A stretch of DNA of 64,000 bases, taken from positions 167,083-231,082 of the forward strand of contig NMRA01000411.1 in assembly GCA_002633005.1 (NCBI GenBank). The letters are read 5' to 3'. The notes under the pieces were generated by a model. That model saw only the letters and a list, made by a program, of their open reading frames with translations. It made no database searches and was not told where the DNA came from. Source of the DNA: Phoronis australis (taxonomy: Eukaryota > Animalia > Phoronida). The stretch's first letter is position 1, and the number at the start of each line of letters is the position of its first letter. The position numbers and the translations under genes were made by a program. This document shows positions 14,578 through 26,824 of the stretch, in pieces.

Positions 14578-14700
14578 GAAGTGTGGCCTAGTGTGATAGG
14601 TACCCGCTTTCTTAACTCGAGGTCGTGGGTTCAAGTCCCACTGGACCACACTGCTAGACCCTTGTCAGGTTGCTAGCTCCTCAGCTTGATTTTAACTATA
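14578..14700 (+). mobile_element. tRNA-derived SINE or tRNA pseudogene
   Basis: A-box-like tggcctagtgtg and B-box ggttcaagtcc at tRNA spacing, but no intact acceptor stem. It lies ~60 nt from the SETDB1 start-exon acceptor. Confidence 0.65.
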
Positions 14701-17700
14701 CATTAATAAAGCACAAAAATGGTTCCAGGTGATCAGCGCAATAGGCCAACACGCATTGCCTGCGCACGTCTGGTACGTGTACCAGACCACTTGCAATTAT
14801 TTTTATCTCTCATCAATCTGGGGGACAGTTCTGGATAATTCTAGTAGTTCAATAATACATTTTTTGCTTTTAGTGGTAAGGAAGAAATGCTCCTTGAGAA
14901 TGGCTAAATTCAGATTTCTTAAAATAATATTACAATTCTGATTTTAAAGCACAAGTCACACAAAGTCGAACCAATTTGAGTCCCAGGATACCAAGGGCTT
15001 TGTTTGACAAGGTCTAGGATTAGTCTCAAGGAGCCTTGTATTGGGCCTGCAGTATTTTGGAGTTATAACAACACAAGACTTTGCAGAACTTGATAAGAAA
15101 TTTTTGAATGTGCCAAGATAGCTTTTTGCCGCGCACTTGAGGCAAGACATCCAAGGATGTTTATTATTTCCACGGGGTCTCTTTCACATAATGGTTAAGG
15201 AGTTTTGCTGCACATCCCAAATCTAGACTGAAATTGAGCAGACAAGACCAACCCAAGAAAAGAATCATCCTCCCCCAGTCACACCTTCTTTCACTTAACA
15301 ATCCAAGACGATATCGGGATGTCTTAGAAATAACCAGCCAAGACAAGATTTGCAAATGACCGTTGTAATCCAACTTGAAATGCCATTTTAGTTTTTTACT
15401 CTCAGTGCTACTTGAAAGAAGTAAAAATGCTGTGTAACTAGTCAACAGTTTTAGTATATTTACAAATATAATACAAAACATATTCAGCATATAATATACA
15501 CAACAAATATTCGTATTTTTACTTATTTAAAAGTTCAAAGCTGTTACATTAAAAAGCTGCTCCTCAAATGTTCAACAGACATACATTTTTACAACATGTT
15601 TGTCAGATTTTGCCACCAATGTGCCCTTGTTCCAGTAAATTACCAACGCAGTAAGCACTTTCTGACCAACTTTGAAGAAGTTTACTTTCAAGAGTTTTGG
15701 GGTCAGCTACGTTATCACAAGGTGGCTCTGCGAAACCATTTTGCATACATCTTTTAACATGAAGAATCATTAAATGAAATGCTTAGAATGTTGACAATCA
15801 TCAAATAAAGGCACAACAAAAGCTGCTAGCAGTAACTGCCAATAACTCTGATGTTTAAGATTTCATGATGAATCGAAGTGACGAAGCATCAACGCTCCAC
15901 TAGCTCCACCAATTTGCTGTGAAATAAACTCAAGATTTCTACAATAATGGGTTAATTTTGCAGCAAAACTGAGTTTGGACTTACTAGACCGAAAGTCAAA
16001 ACTCAGATTTTGCAGTGGATCAAAATTTTGAAACTTCAACTCAAGAACAAATTTAACCTTTCACACTGGCCGACACACAAAATAAGGAATTGTTGACTTT
16101 TAATTAACGTGAAATACCATTTTTCATGGAATTCAATATGGAACTGACCAAGCAAGAAATGGGGAAAGAAGAGACATAGTCCACACAACATTGCAACAGA
16201 ATATTCATAAAAACATGACAAAATATGCTTTCATCAGAATGTAAACAGCATATTTACAATTTATGTATTAGTAAAGTTGTTGTTTTCTTTTTACATTTTG
16301 CACTACATAAAAATTTAATTTAAAAAACTACAATGTTCAGAGCATTTCGTCAATAAATAATCTTTTAGTCAGATCAGTCACAGATGTGACAATATTCTAC
16401 CAATATCATTATCAATATCATTATCAATATCATTATCAGTACTATTATACGGTACATGCATATACAGAATGTAACATTCTACAGGGCCATGGGCATAGAT
16501 GCTTGAAGACAGATTGAGCAAATTAGTGAGGGTATGATATCAGGGCTTGCTCTTCAAACAATGTTTCAAAGAATTGATTTGTTCTGCCCTTTCCTCAATG
16601 TAACAGGCAACTACTGAACATACACTACAAAACCAAAGTTACAGTCAATCTAATTAAATCCCAACTCAACACATCACAATTTCGCAATGGGCTCACCAAT
16701 TATCAAATCAGGAATCATACAGTGAGAGGAACACATCAGTGATTCTCAACATTGTAACCAGTAGTGTGTAATCCTTGTACTCGAATTCGAACTTGAAACT
16801 TACTTTTGTGCAAACTCTTGTGTGTTGGCTCAGTTAGTAAACGGATTATGTTAGGGTCACTTAGCCCATGACATGAACAGTGTTAAGGATTCAGATGTTT
16901 TCTGACAGCTGAGCCCAGGATTAACAATCTATGATGTTTAGATATGAGAGATGAAATCAACAGAGTTGCAAGACCAAGTTTATGATTTCAAGACTGTCAC
17001 AAGGGAGTGTACAAAGGACCGTGTTATTTCCTTCTGAAATCATGGTTTCTGCCTCTTTTCACTTAAGTAAATCAGAGGTATGCGATCATTTACTGCTAAT
17101 GCATTCCTAAATGTAAGAACACAATTTTAATGCTGTATCCATAACGCTCACTAAAGAAACTACGGTTACACTACAGTCCGAAAGTATTCAGACAAAATGG
17201 CCTGTAATTGCCCGTCATGACGGCTGGGCCGAAATGAGTAACAACTTGGGGGCTACTTTGCAATGAATGGGGGAGGGGGGCAAATGCAAACTAAAAATGA
17301 ATTTTAATTGCGAAACTTTTTTTGCAATGAATAGAGGGGGGGGGGGAAATGGCACGATTTTACAACAGATGGCACTAGAGTGTCCTGCGTGTTCATTTCA
17401 GTTGAAACTCAAAATCAAAGGTACCATGGATCAAGCAAGTCATGAGGGAGACCAGACAATTTCCAGCCTACAAATCTTTGTGATGGCCCAAAAATGGCAT
17501 ACTGGTGCTGATATTTTGGCAAGACTTGCCACCACTATATCAGACTGAAAATGGTTAGTGTGTTTGAAAAAAATTTAAACTACACGTTATGCAACTAAAT
17601 GCTCTGCTGACATCACCTGCCCAAAAGAAATACCAAGAGACAATGTTTATGACTAAAAACTTTCAGTGCATGGACTAATCTCACACGATTCTTGCACAGC

Positions 17701-18441
17701 TCAGAGTGGACTTGCAACATGTGTAAAAGTAAAACATTTAAATTTGAAGAGAACTATGAGCAGCCTTCAGGAGTTAATGCATGAAAAAATAAAAAAACAT
17801 GGAAATTATAATAGTTCTTTTCACAAATTTTACCTCCTTCTACTCAAACCTAGTGCTTGATATAAAACTATACAACTACGGCCTCTCAGGAATCAGTCTC
17901 TCAGACAACTTGCAAGCTACTCACTATTTTGGAGTCCAATGAACTACTAAGACAATACTAACAATCAAAACTACCACAAGTAACCCAAAGAATAAACGTT
18001 TAGATTTTTTAAAATTGTTTTATTCATGCATTGTTGTCACAAAGGCATTTCACTGCAAACATATCACAGCCAAACTGTGCGTCACTGGCCGACGCTAACA
18101 CAAATCAAACGTTGTAAGTGGATGAATATGCAGGACAAGTGAATGACCAACTTCAGTCATTGGAAGATACCAACAATTGTGAAGACAAAGAGCACAGAGC
18201 CTATAGGGTTCAGGCACAAACACGCTTCCATTCAGCCACTACCCACTGCCTCCATCATGGTTTTCTTATGCAACGCAGTGAAATCTCACAAATTTAGGAC
18301 ACAATATGGTAGACGTGAAACTTTATTGAAGCACACACCATGCAGTCATTGTGTTGTGGCTGATCGCTGCTGGTTCAGGTCCCCTCAGGCAAAGATTCTA
18401 GCTTCGTGGAACATCACCACGTGAAAGACATCCTTTGTATA

Positions 18442-19602
18442 CTATGCAACATTACTGTTAGTTAGCAAAGAAAAAATAACTGTTACCATTGAATTTGTTA
18501 GTTTATCTGTGGTTTTATCGGGTTTGTCCTGCTGCAGCAGTTGTAACTGCTGCTGATGCTGCTGTTGCAGCCGCTCTTGCAGTCTCCGATGTGGTTTTAC
18601 GATGGTTGGTACGGAACCTGGGATCAGTCTAAAACGCCTGAAAGATACAGCAAGAATTGTTGTATTTAAGACTTAATAAATAAGTCTGAAACATCGACCA
18701 GACTTTCAAAATATGAACAAGAATGTTCATCAGTGAACCCATACCATCAGTTTCTAGTGGAATTGGCATGCGAAAAATTCAGATTTCTTCAAATCTTTGA
18801 AATAAGAGGTGAATTGAAGGTAAAAACACTAGTTATGCCCCTGGTTGTCAAACGGTTTCTGATTGTGACAAGGCCTCCATTACTGAACAAGCTTCCGTCC
18901 TCTCCAATAAGCTCGCCTTCAAGTCAATTCAAATATATAGTTCCATGTGTATCATCTGATTTACTTGTATCAGATAACTTGTCAACATGATTGCCATTTC
19001 CACAAAAGAACCCAGGACAAAAAAAATTATTCAAAATAAAGAAGAAAGGCTCAGTGACACAACATAGTAATTGTTCTTATTACCATGACAATAGCTAAAT
19101 ATAAGAATCAAGTGACCAATCAGAGAAAGTATGCTAAAATATTTAGTTTTACTGTATTTTTTAACATAATTAATGAAATAAGCTAAAAAGCAAACACCCT
19201 AAAACCCTATGTGGATTTGTATTAGGTCCAAGAAACTTAACATATATTGCAGTTACTTTACTGCAGTTCTGCTAAAAATTAAGACTGGCCAACAACTTGA
19301 AAAGGGGCCAACACAGTAAAGAAAATATTGCTTCGCAGAACTGAATGAACTTACAGTTTCGAGAGCCCTTCTTTGAATCGCAATAGAAATGTTCTGTCAA
19401 AACAGTCATCGGCGAAATGGTCCGAACACACAACAGCCCGGGACTTTACAGCAGATTCAACTGACAAGCTCCATGCTCGAGTCATGCACACAAATTCATG
19501 CCATTTTTCAGCAGTGTCAATATCTTTAGGGAATTCAAATAGCGATACAGCGGTATTTAATCGCTCATTGCTGCAACCACCAACAACACACTTGTTCACC
19601 AT
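18442..19602 (-). CDS. Two-exon THAP zinc-finger protein with a Q-rich linker
   Basis: Exon 19602-19355 (MVNKCVVGGCSN...LFEFPKD...KWHEF...VVCSDHF; donor GTAAGT, phase 2) joins exon 18637-18487 (LRFRLIPGSVPTIVKPHRRLQERLQQQHQQQLQLLQQ...), which completes the THAP AVPTI motif. It then either reads through to TAG at 18442 (AATAAA near 18322 and 18020) or uses a phase-0 donor GTAACA at 18486. A 5'UTR acceptor lies at 19685-19687. Confidence 0.85.
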
Positions 19603-20479
19603 CTTTCAGTTGAACACAACGAGCCAATTGTCCCGAAACACACAAAACTGTCTCCAGTTGAATGTTGCCAGGGGATAGTCACGGCTGTCAACACAAAAAA
19701 CATTAAAAGTTTACTATCCCAACAGGATTAACATACTTAGTATTTCACATTTACAGGTTCTCAAATCAATATTTTAAACTAGACTTTATATTCAACAACT
19801 GCTTAAGACTTAAAATACTATAGAAGCCAGACAACAAGAAATAATTGTCTTGTTTATTGATCTGAAAAATGCTTTCTACTAAATGTTTCACTAACCTGGC
19901 AACCACCAGTCACTATGCTACTTTAAGTACTTTCCTACATTGGAGAGTAGCACGGTAGAATGAGTGAACAACGTGGCATGGAAGAAGACTGAGCCTTAAA
20001 TTAAAACAAGATAACCATGCTTTTGAATGTAATATTTGTGATGCAAAAACAAGAAAAATGCATATGTATCAATACATTCAAATTGTGTGTTCACTGATCA
20101 TTCACTTTTTAATTTAAGGAGTGGGTTCTCGTTGAGTAGGTGAAGTGATTTATTGTGGTTTTAACCTGCAAAAATAACAGCCGAACTTGTAAACGGTCTC
20201 ATGTTCACCAATTGGAACACTAAAACAAATAAACGTAACTAAATACACAAGATGCAACTAATTTCTTACACAACACAACTATTTTAGCAGACAATGCTGT
20301 CCTTCTGACGATCGTTCACCTAGCAACTGTAAAAGGAACGGTGCGAAAATTTAAAATATTATCAACAAGTTATAATTTCTTTAACGCCTCACACAAATCT
20401 TTATCTATAAACATCCTTGGACATTGCACATTTTCCTGCATGTCTTGTACTCATACTTCGTTATTATTAGCTACATAAT

Positions 20480-21000
20480 CTTCATCGCCTACTACGATTC
20501 TTTTCTCTGAACTTTCGGGTCTTGACAAAATTGGCAGTTTGCTTCAATGTTCGCCATGTGTTTGCCTCAAAGTTGGCATGAATAAGGTGCAAGCTCTGGT
20601 CAGGATTCATCTGCTTGACACACCTCTCCTTGGTATTGTGGACCTTCATCAAATACTGTCTCACACATGCAGCAATTTTTGTCCTTTGGTTCAGACTCAA
20701 CACTCCAATTCTTTTCCATTGTGTATACTTCAAAGAACTCTTTAGCCTCTTGCATATTAGCCTCTGAAATAAAGGTCTTGATAAAACACTGCCAAAATTC
20801 AATCCATTGCATCAGTGATGTTTGTGTAAATTACAAATTCACCAAGTCAAACCTGCTTTGGCATATATTAACAGCATTTCTCTTTAAAAGTTGTTCTTGT
20901 TCTAATAACCCCAGTATTTACAACAAACTAATCCACATCCTGTTCTCACCAAGGTTTTAACATATGCCAGGGTGTCTATATAGTTGAAACTGATTACAAC
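20480..21000 (-). pseudogene. Decayed Cys-rich coding fragment, probably transposon-derived
   Basis: One frame continues through several stops (EQEQLLKRN...*...WIEFW...CCMCETVFDEG...CQL*GKH...CQFC). The family is not identifiable by eye. Confidence 0.35.
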
Positions 21001-21639
21001 CATGATGTTATCATACGAGGGGAAATTCTGGTCGCGGTAAAAAAAGTTACACATAATTTTTAATCTTTTTCACTGAGGAATGAAGCCAATGTTGGACTCC
21101 AAAATTGAGGCATCGCAGTTCCCGTAAACCTCAAAGGCTGTATCAATTCCAAACACCCAGCATCAGACTCCATCAATGTTCTGACTCTTTGACACAAAGC
21201 AATATAGGACGCTTTAAAGGTGAAATCATTCTATGACAAATATCCTTGCCATGCAATGTTTCTTAGAAGCGTCATAACATAAGAACTACGCTGTTTACCA
21301 ATCCCCTGACACTGAGTTAATAGAAATGCATTGTGATAGCAACCACCATTGTCCATATACTTCCGATGATCTCGGGATTTTGTAGCAGCGATGGCACAAA
21401 AAGCTTCCCAGTTCTATGTTGCGTTCATAAAAATGTTAACATGGCATGTCTTATAAAAGCACTCATCATTTTTTTTGCAATAATACAAGACATGTGTCAG
21501 CTTTTCCAACCACTTTCCAAAACATTAGTCAGATACATCATTTGTAGGAAAAAGCAGAAAGGTATATTGTCGTCTAAATAATAGACATGAATGGGGTGTA
21601 AGTTCTTTCAGGCAGTTACTTTTTGACTGGTCGTGTTCA

Positions 21640-22090
21640 CATCTCTTAAAGTGCTTAAAATCACCATTTACCTTGTTTTGACAAGTGACTACATTGTAAG
21701 CATCATTCAATCTTCATTTACAGCACTGCATATCACAATTGTGAATTCAATATCCCAAAAATGAGAAAATATGAGAAAAGCGACTTTAATTGAAAGTTTC
21801 TTAGCTCCACGGACATAAGTGTGATGTATGAACTTACCCAGCACCAGTGCGTCACGTCCAGGAATATGCGACTTTCTTGTGCAAACTTGTGTCACATCCG
21901 TAATTTTCTGATGTCCAACAGGAAAGTGTAAAGAGCCACAGCTTGCTCAAATAGCGAGGTGTCACAACTACCATAAATTCAACGCCTTTCTTTATTATAC
22001 CGTAAACCACCCGAAAACGAACAGCAATATCCGACGACTATTCACACTGGACACAATGGAGGATGACTAAGGTTGTGATTGGTTGTCCCC
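21640..22090 (-). pseudogene. Degenerate THAP-element 5' fragment (interspersed repeat; second copy at 58291-58622)
   Basis: Shares gggacaaccaatcaca..tagtcatcctccattgtgt..agtgtgaa and tgtcaaaacaaggtaaatggtg.ttttaagc.cttta with 58291-58622. The remnant translation (*IYGSCD...ALYTF...*HKF...FSHF) resembles THAP spacing. Confidence 0.55.
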
Positions 22091-24628
22091 ATTCTATGTA
22101 GTGTGTATCCACCAATAAATGCTCGTAAGTTGAGCTCAGGCACTAAACATATCCTGTTGGGGGTGTTCTAATTTTGCAAATGGTAAACACCTGTGGTTGT
22201 CTTTTTTTTTTGATGTTTTCCATATCAAATTGGTGATTTTAAGCAGTTTAATACATGTGCTTTCCAGTCAAATATTGCTTCCAGTACATGTTAATAGTCA
22301 TGCAGGTGACCATCTATGATGTATTCTTACAACATGACGCTCACAAGTGCGTCGACCCAACCCTCGAGTGAAATAACTTCCATAATATCCTCATGATCAC
22401 ATGAGGACCTGCATTTCACCAATCAATGATACTTACTAAGGTAAATTTCGTACAATGATCGGAACATCTGCTGTCTTTCACGGCACAGGCAGCATATTCA
22501 TTTTTCAAATATCGCTTTATACTAATTGCCTATTGCTCGTCAGACTTGCAACTGAGTTACATTTGTAGATGTTTTAAAAACATCTCGATTCTTTAGTGAA
22601 GGACTTGTGATACCTTGGAAATAATCGCCTTGAGTTCAATACCCGTACGCACCAAAATCTGAGAATGCATCATTGCCACAACAATATATATTCACAGCTC
22701 ACGCAAACTGAGGTTTAAACAAGTCTCAGACGACTGCAATAGGCTCCCAACCCAGAAAATGTATGATTTCATCCCTTTTTAAAATTGATTACTCATTCAA
22801 ACGTCACTTACGGGTTCAAGCGACTTCACTTCAGGTTGGCCTTGTAACTGCTTTCTTCCTCTGGCAGCAGATGTATCAGTAGTGGCCTAAAATATAAGGA
22901 GTTGTAGAAGGTTTCAATGTTCTTGTTGTTATGGAATCAGAATACTACGAGACCTGTTCTATGAGTTTAAAGAGGAACTTGCATACAAATTCCTCATCTC
23001 CGTGATTGGTTGGTTAAATTATTTAGAAACACAAAATATATAATATGTTGTGAATATGAAGTAGGTTGAAATTAGCCAGTTTTCAAGAACGAGTTTTGTG
23101 TCGAAAATGGTCCGCTGTAGAACACTCAACCATTTCTAGTAAGTATCGTGACGTGGTGTTGGGGAACAACACCGCACGATGCAGGTTATGTGAGCCCTCA
23201 AGGCAGTCATTAGTGAAGAGGTCAACTATTTGCAGATTTTTTGTTTTCACATTCACAACTTGTCAATGAATGCAACTGCAATTTGTTTAGCGTTTAATTC
23301 ATTAATTCTTAGCCAACTAAACTGGGCAAAATGCAGCTTTATAATATGATGCAAGGAAACATTTCTTGGAAATAGAAGTTCTTAAGCAAGAGGTGAGTAA
23401 TCGACAACTTTTTCCACAAGTTACCAATTCCCTTGGACCTTCTGATGGTGCGCTCTCATTATTTTGTTCCTTCCGTCGTGCGTAGATAAGTCGTCTACAA
23501 GCACCACAGAAAACTGCAATAAAAAGTAATCCATGTAGTAAAGTGCAAAAATAAGCAAAATGGCCTTCCAACAATCCAAAAGTGCTATACCTCTACTTGT
23601 CCAAGTTAGCACTACATTTGGCTATACAGTTGCACGTATGGTAACAAGCCCACCTCACAATTTATTGCCAGGACTTCTAAGGTGGATATACTTGTGAAAA
23701 CATCACCTGCAATGTAGTTATATATGTTCTAGACAGTGTCGGTGTTATATAACTAGAACATGAAATCAACACAGCTTCTTGTTGGAGGAGAGGAAACCCC
23801 TTGTCACCTAACACCCAATTAGAGTTCCTAAATCTGAGTGTCTTGATGTTGATAGGGTAGGTTGTAAATATTTACTTTATCACAACATTGTGAAGTCTAA
23901 GGTTATTGTCTCTGCCACAAAGAAGGCAAGGATGTGTCATGGCCCACTGAAAATCCAGACCAACCATGGGAACATACAGACAAAACCACATACACCCTAT
24001 TCTGGTCTGTGTCTTTCAACAGGGGCCTTTCATGCTGGTGGTGTTTAGAGTAATGAGATTGATGAAGCCACTTCAGTTTGATATCATCTCAGATTTGGTG
24101 GACAGAAATATAGTGGATCATCAATTTAAAAACAGGAATAAACCCTACTGTCAGGCCCTCCCAATTTGGTAATTTATTTTAGCTTTTTGGCATCGACTGG
24201 GATTGAAATTCTGCCACTTTATAAGTCATAGCTACCGACTATGTAGTCGGCGCATATTGTTCATCCCAGTGGGAAATGAATATGACGTGATATCTTTCAT
24301 ATGTGGATACTTCATGACGTGTCATTTTCCAAACACAATTAGTATGTCCCACCGTACATCAGTGAAAATTTACCAGCATTATCATAGCAGGAAAGGTGTC
24401 AAAACCTCGTATATACAACTAAACTGAAGCCTCCCGTCCGCATTCGATGGTATCTGTAGGTGACGCTCAATGCCTGTCTAACAAAGAAATGATCGCCATC
24501 TGGCGGGACACTGACTTTTAATATAGCGCGATTGTTTTGAAAGTCAGCTATTACCTACTAGAAATATTACCACCGATAACACAAAGCAAAGAAACCTACA
24601 CGAAAACTAAAATGTTACAGTTGCTCAC

Positions 24629-25034
24629 CTGCGCCAACAGGTAAGACCACATTCCTCAAAGTCTTCACTTCCCTGGAAAGCTTCAGGCTCACCCGTCTGC
24701 ATCCCCTGGGTGCTGTTACTCCAGCACCCCTTCGACCACGATGGTCAGCGTAACAACAATGTCTACTGGGCACAAACCCCAAACCAAACTCTATGCGGTG
24801 TCGGGGACAGACAGTGAGTTCGTCTAATGACTGTTCCTCAAACCCTCCTCTGTTGACTAACAACTGCCATTCTTCAATGTCTTCCCACAACTTCATAGAC
24901 TTCAGATGACCCTCTGTGTTCTTTCTGCAACACCAAACGGGTAGCCGGGCTCTTTCTTCGCCCACTGCTGAGCATTTGGAACGTCCAACTCCACTGAACG
25001 AACACTTCATGCAGTCCTCTGATCCAGTTTCCAT
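24629..25034 (-). CDS. Intact Cys/His-rich exon resembling the N-terminus of a DNA transposase (possibly Sola3-like)
   Basis: 135 stop-free codons (CMKCSFS...LTVCPRHRIEFGLG...CCYADH...RGCRRVSLKLSREV...LPVGA) ending at donor G|GTGAGC (phase 1). The family assignment is from recollection of the CPxHR..G..PVG pattern, not from a search. Confidence 0.55.
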
Positions 25035-25400
25035 TTCCACGTGTAGTTATCTCGGGATAAAGTAGTGTGGAGTGCCCTCCAGCACAGCAAACTCACTGCA
25101 CCCAGTCAGATAATGTGGAAATTACAGGCAACTTAAACCAGTTATATCACTGCACAAGCAGAATACAGCAAAATTTACGCATCAAGGTTCTTAATTCGCC
25201 ACTTCAAAACACGACCTATTTAGATTTTCAAAGACTTAATGTCCGAAAACTGATGATGAGATTTCCAAAATTCAGACAATTACAGCACAATAATCCACAT
25301 TAACATAAGAATTAAAGTATGAATGTTATTTAGGAAAATGCATTTGCCATCATTTCAAAAAATTTCAGAATGTACCAAAAGCTTGTGTTGAACTGCTTAA

Positions 25401-26824
25401 AAGGGAACTGTATTTTATTCTAAGTAAATTTTGAATAGTTTTCTATGGGTTGTTCATTAATTTCACTAATGATTCAGCAGCAGAGTAAACATACATTTTT
25501 AAACTTAACTAAAAAAAATTAGTTCAAAGAGTTCTATAATCACCCACTTGGAGCGCTGCTTCTCATGACGTATTTGGTGGGGCCGAAGCTAGTCACTGTC
25601 ATATTTAAGCATGGTGTTCTTCATTGTCGGAATAAGAAATTTTATTGTGAAATGTCGGGTCGCCAGGGATAGCTTTTGAATGCCCATGGGTACAATTTCT
25701 AAACAAAAAATCCTCAGTCAGTCAGTGGCACCCTGATGTGACAGGGACTTAAGACTGTAGCACTCTAAGACTTTGTAGACAAAATACGCACTACGGTAAT
25801 ATCACTGTAGCCCAAAAGTAACAAGTTCAAGTGGAGTTAGTAGCGGTTTACAAATCCAAAAATGTCGACTACAAAATCCATCTCTAACAAAATGTTCGAA
25901 TAGACCTAGCCAGCCAGTTAACTTTATGGCTAGAGAGATTTCCAAAATAAAACACTCGAGCCAAATACTCGCAACGATACAAAAACGGGATGTCCGAAAA
26001 TAATACTAGTACGAGTCAAGTCAGGTGTGCAATATAAAGTATCACTAGCAGTTTCATAAAACAGGTATCGCTAGCAGTTTCATAAAACAGTATTTACATT
26101 ATAATCGGAAACTGCAACATACCTCTTTCAAAAGGTTTCGACGTTCTTTTGCCACAACTCTTGCTTTTCTACTGGAAGAAACTTGTTTCTCCGCGAACGA
26201 AGTTGGTCTCGCATTCACCGTGGCTTTGTTGGCGTGGAGGGTCATGCCGAAGTCAAACTGCGACGGAACCGCTGTCTCCCTCAACATCCTCCTCGGTTTT
26301 GTTTTCATTATTTCTGCCCTAATGTCCTTCACGTAGTCATCATCAAAAAAATGGTCGCCACAAACCCGGCTATGCTTGTTCACGGGCGGACTCTTCAGCT
26401 TCATAGCTGCCAACCACGACTTCAACAACGGTGCGTTACGCAGGGGCAACCGATGGTATGCGATGTTCCTCCCCTTACAAGACAACTTTTTTGAAGAGTT
26501 TGAACAGCCAGGTGCCATACAAAAAGGCATGGCGAACCTTTTACACTATGGCAAACAATAAAAAAAATAAGAACGACTGATACAATGATAAAATACGATG
26601 TAAACTCTTCAAAATATGGCATAAGCAATGAATGTGAAAAGCAGCCGATACCCCACCAGGCACGTCACTGACACATCAACCAATCAGCGATCATCATCAG
26701 GATTTCAGTGTTTTGACCACGAATACGAATCGACTTTTGTTCAGCGCTCAAGTTGGGCAAATTTGAGTTTTATTTGTATGTTGGAAAAGATTAACTGCAA
26801 CATTACTTTTACTACAATCCCCTT
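25401..26824 (-). mobile_element. Kolobok-like DNA transposon deletion derivative carrying a THAP exon
   Basis: TTAA at 25397-25400 and 26825-26828, short TIRs aagggaactgta / aaggggattgta (10/12), internal CCAAT near 26680 and a THAP exon ~300 bp from the end. TTAA target, purine termini and an N-terminal THAP are Kolobok hallmarks. Confidence 0.75.
26123..26530 (-). CDS. Intact THAP-domain exon (136 codons)
   Basis: MPFCMAPGCSN...YHRLP...LLKSW...VCGDHF...LRETAVPSQF: the C2CH ligands, P, W and AVP motif are all present. It ends at donor GAG|GTATGT (phase 0); unspliced it stops at 26099. Confidence 0.85.

Noticed and set aside
20495-20812. In-frame TGA in CQL*GKH suggesting a CxxU selenoprotein
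   Set aside because: The same frame also has TAA/TAG stops nearby and no SECIS was recognisable; pseudogene decay explains it.
21525-21895. GDFKHFKRCEH read as a Kolobok catalytic-region motif
   Set aside because: Homology with 58291-58622 places it just after a THAP-like start, so it is better read as a decayed THAP region.
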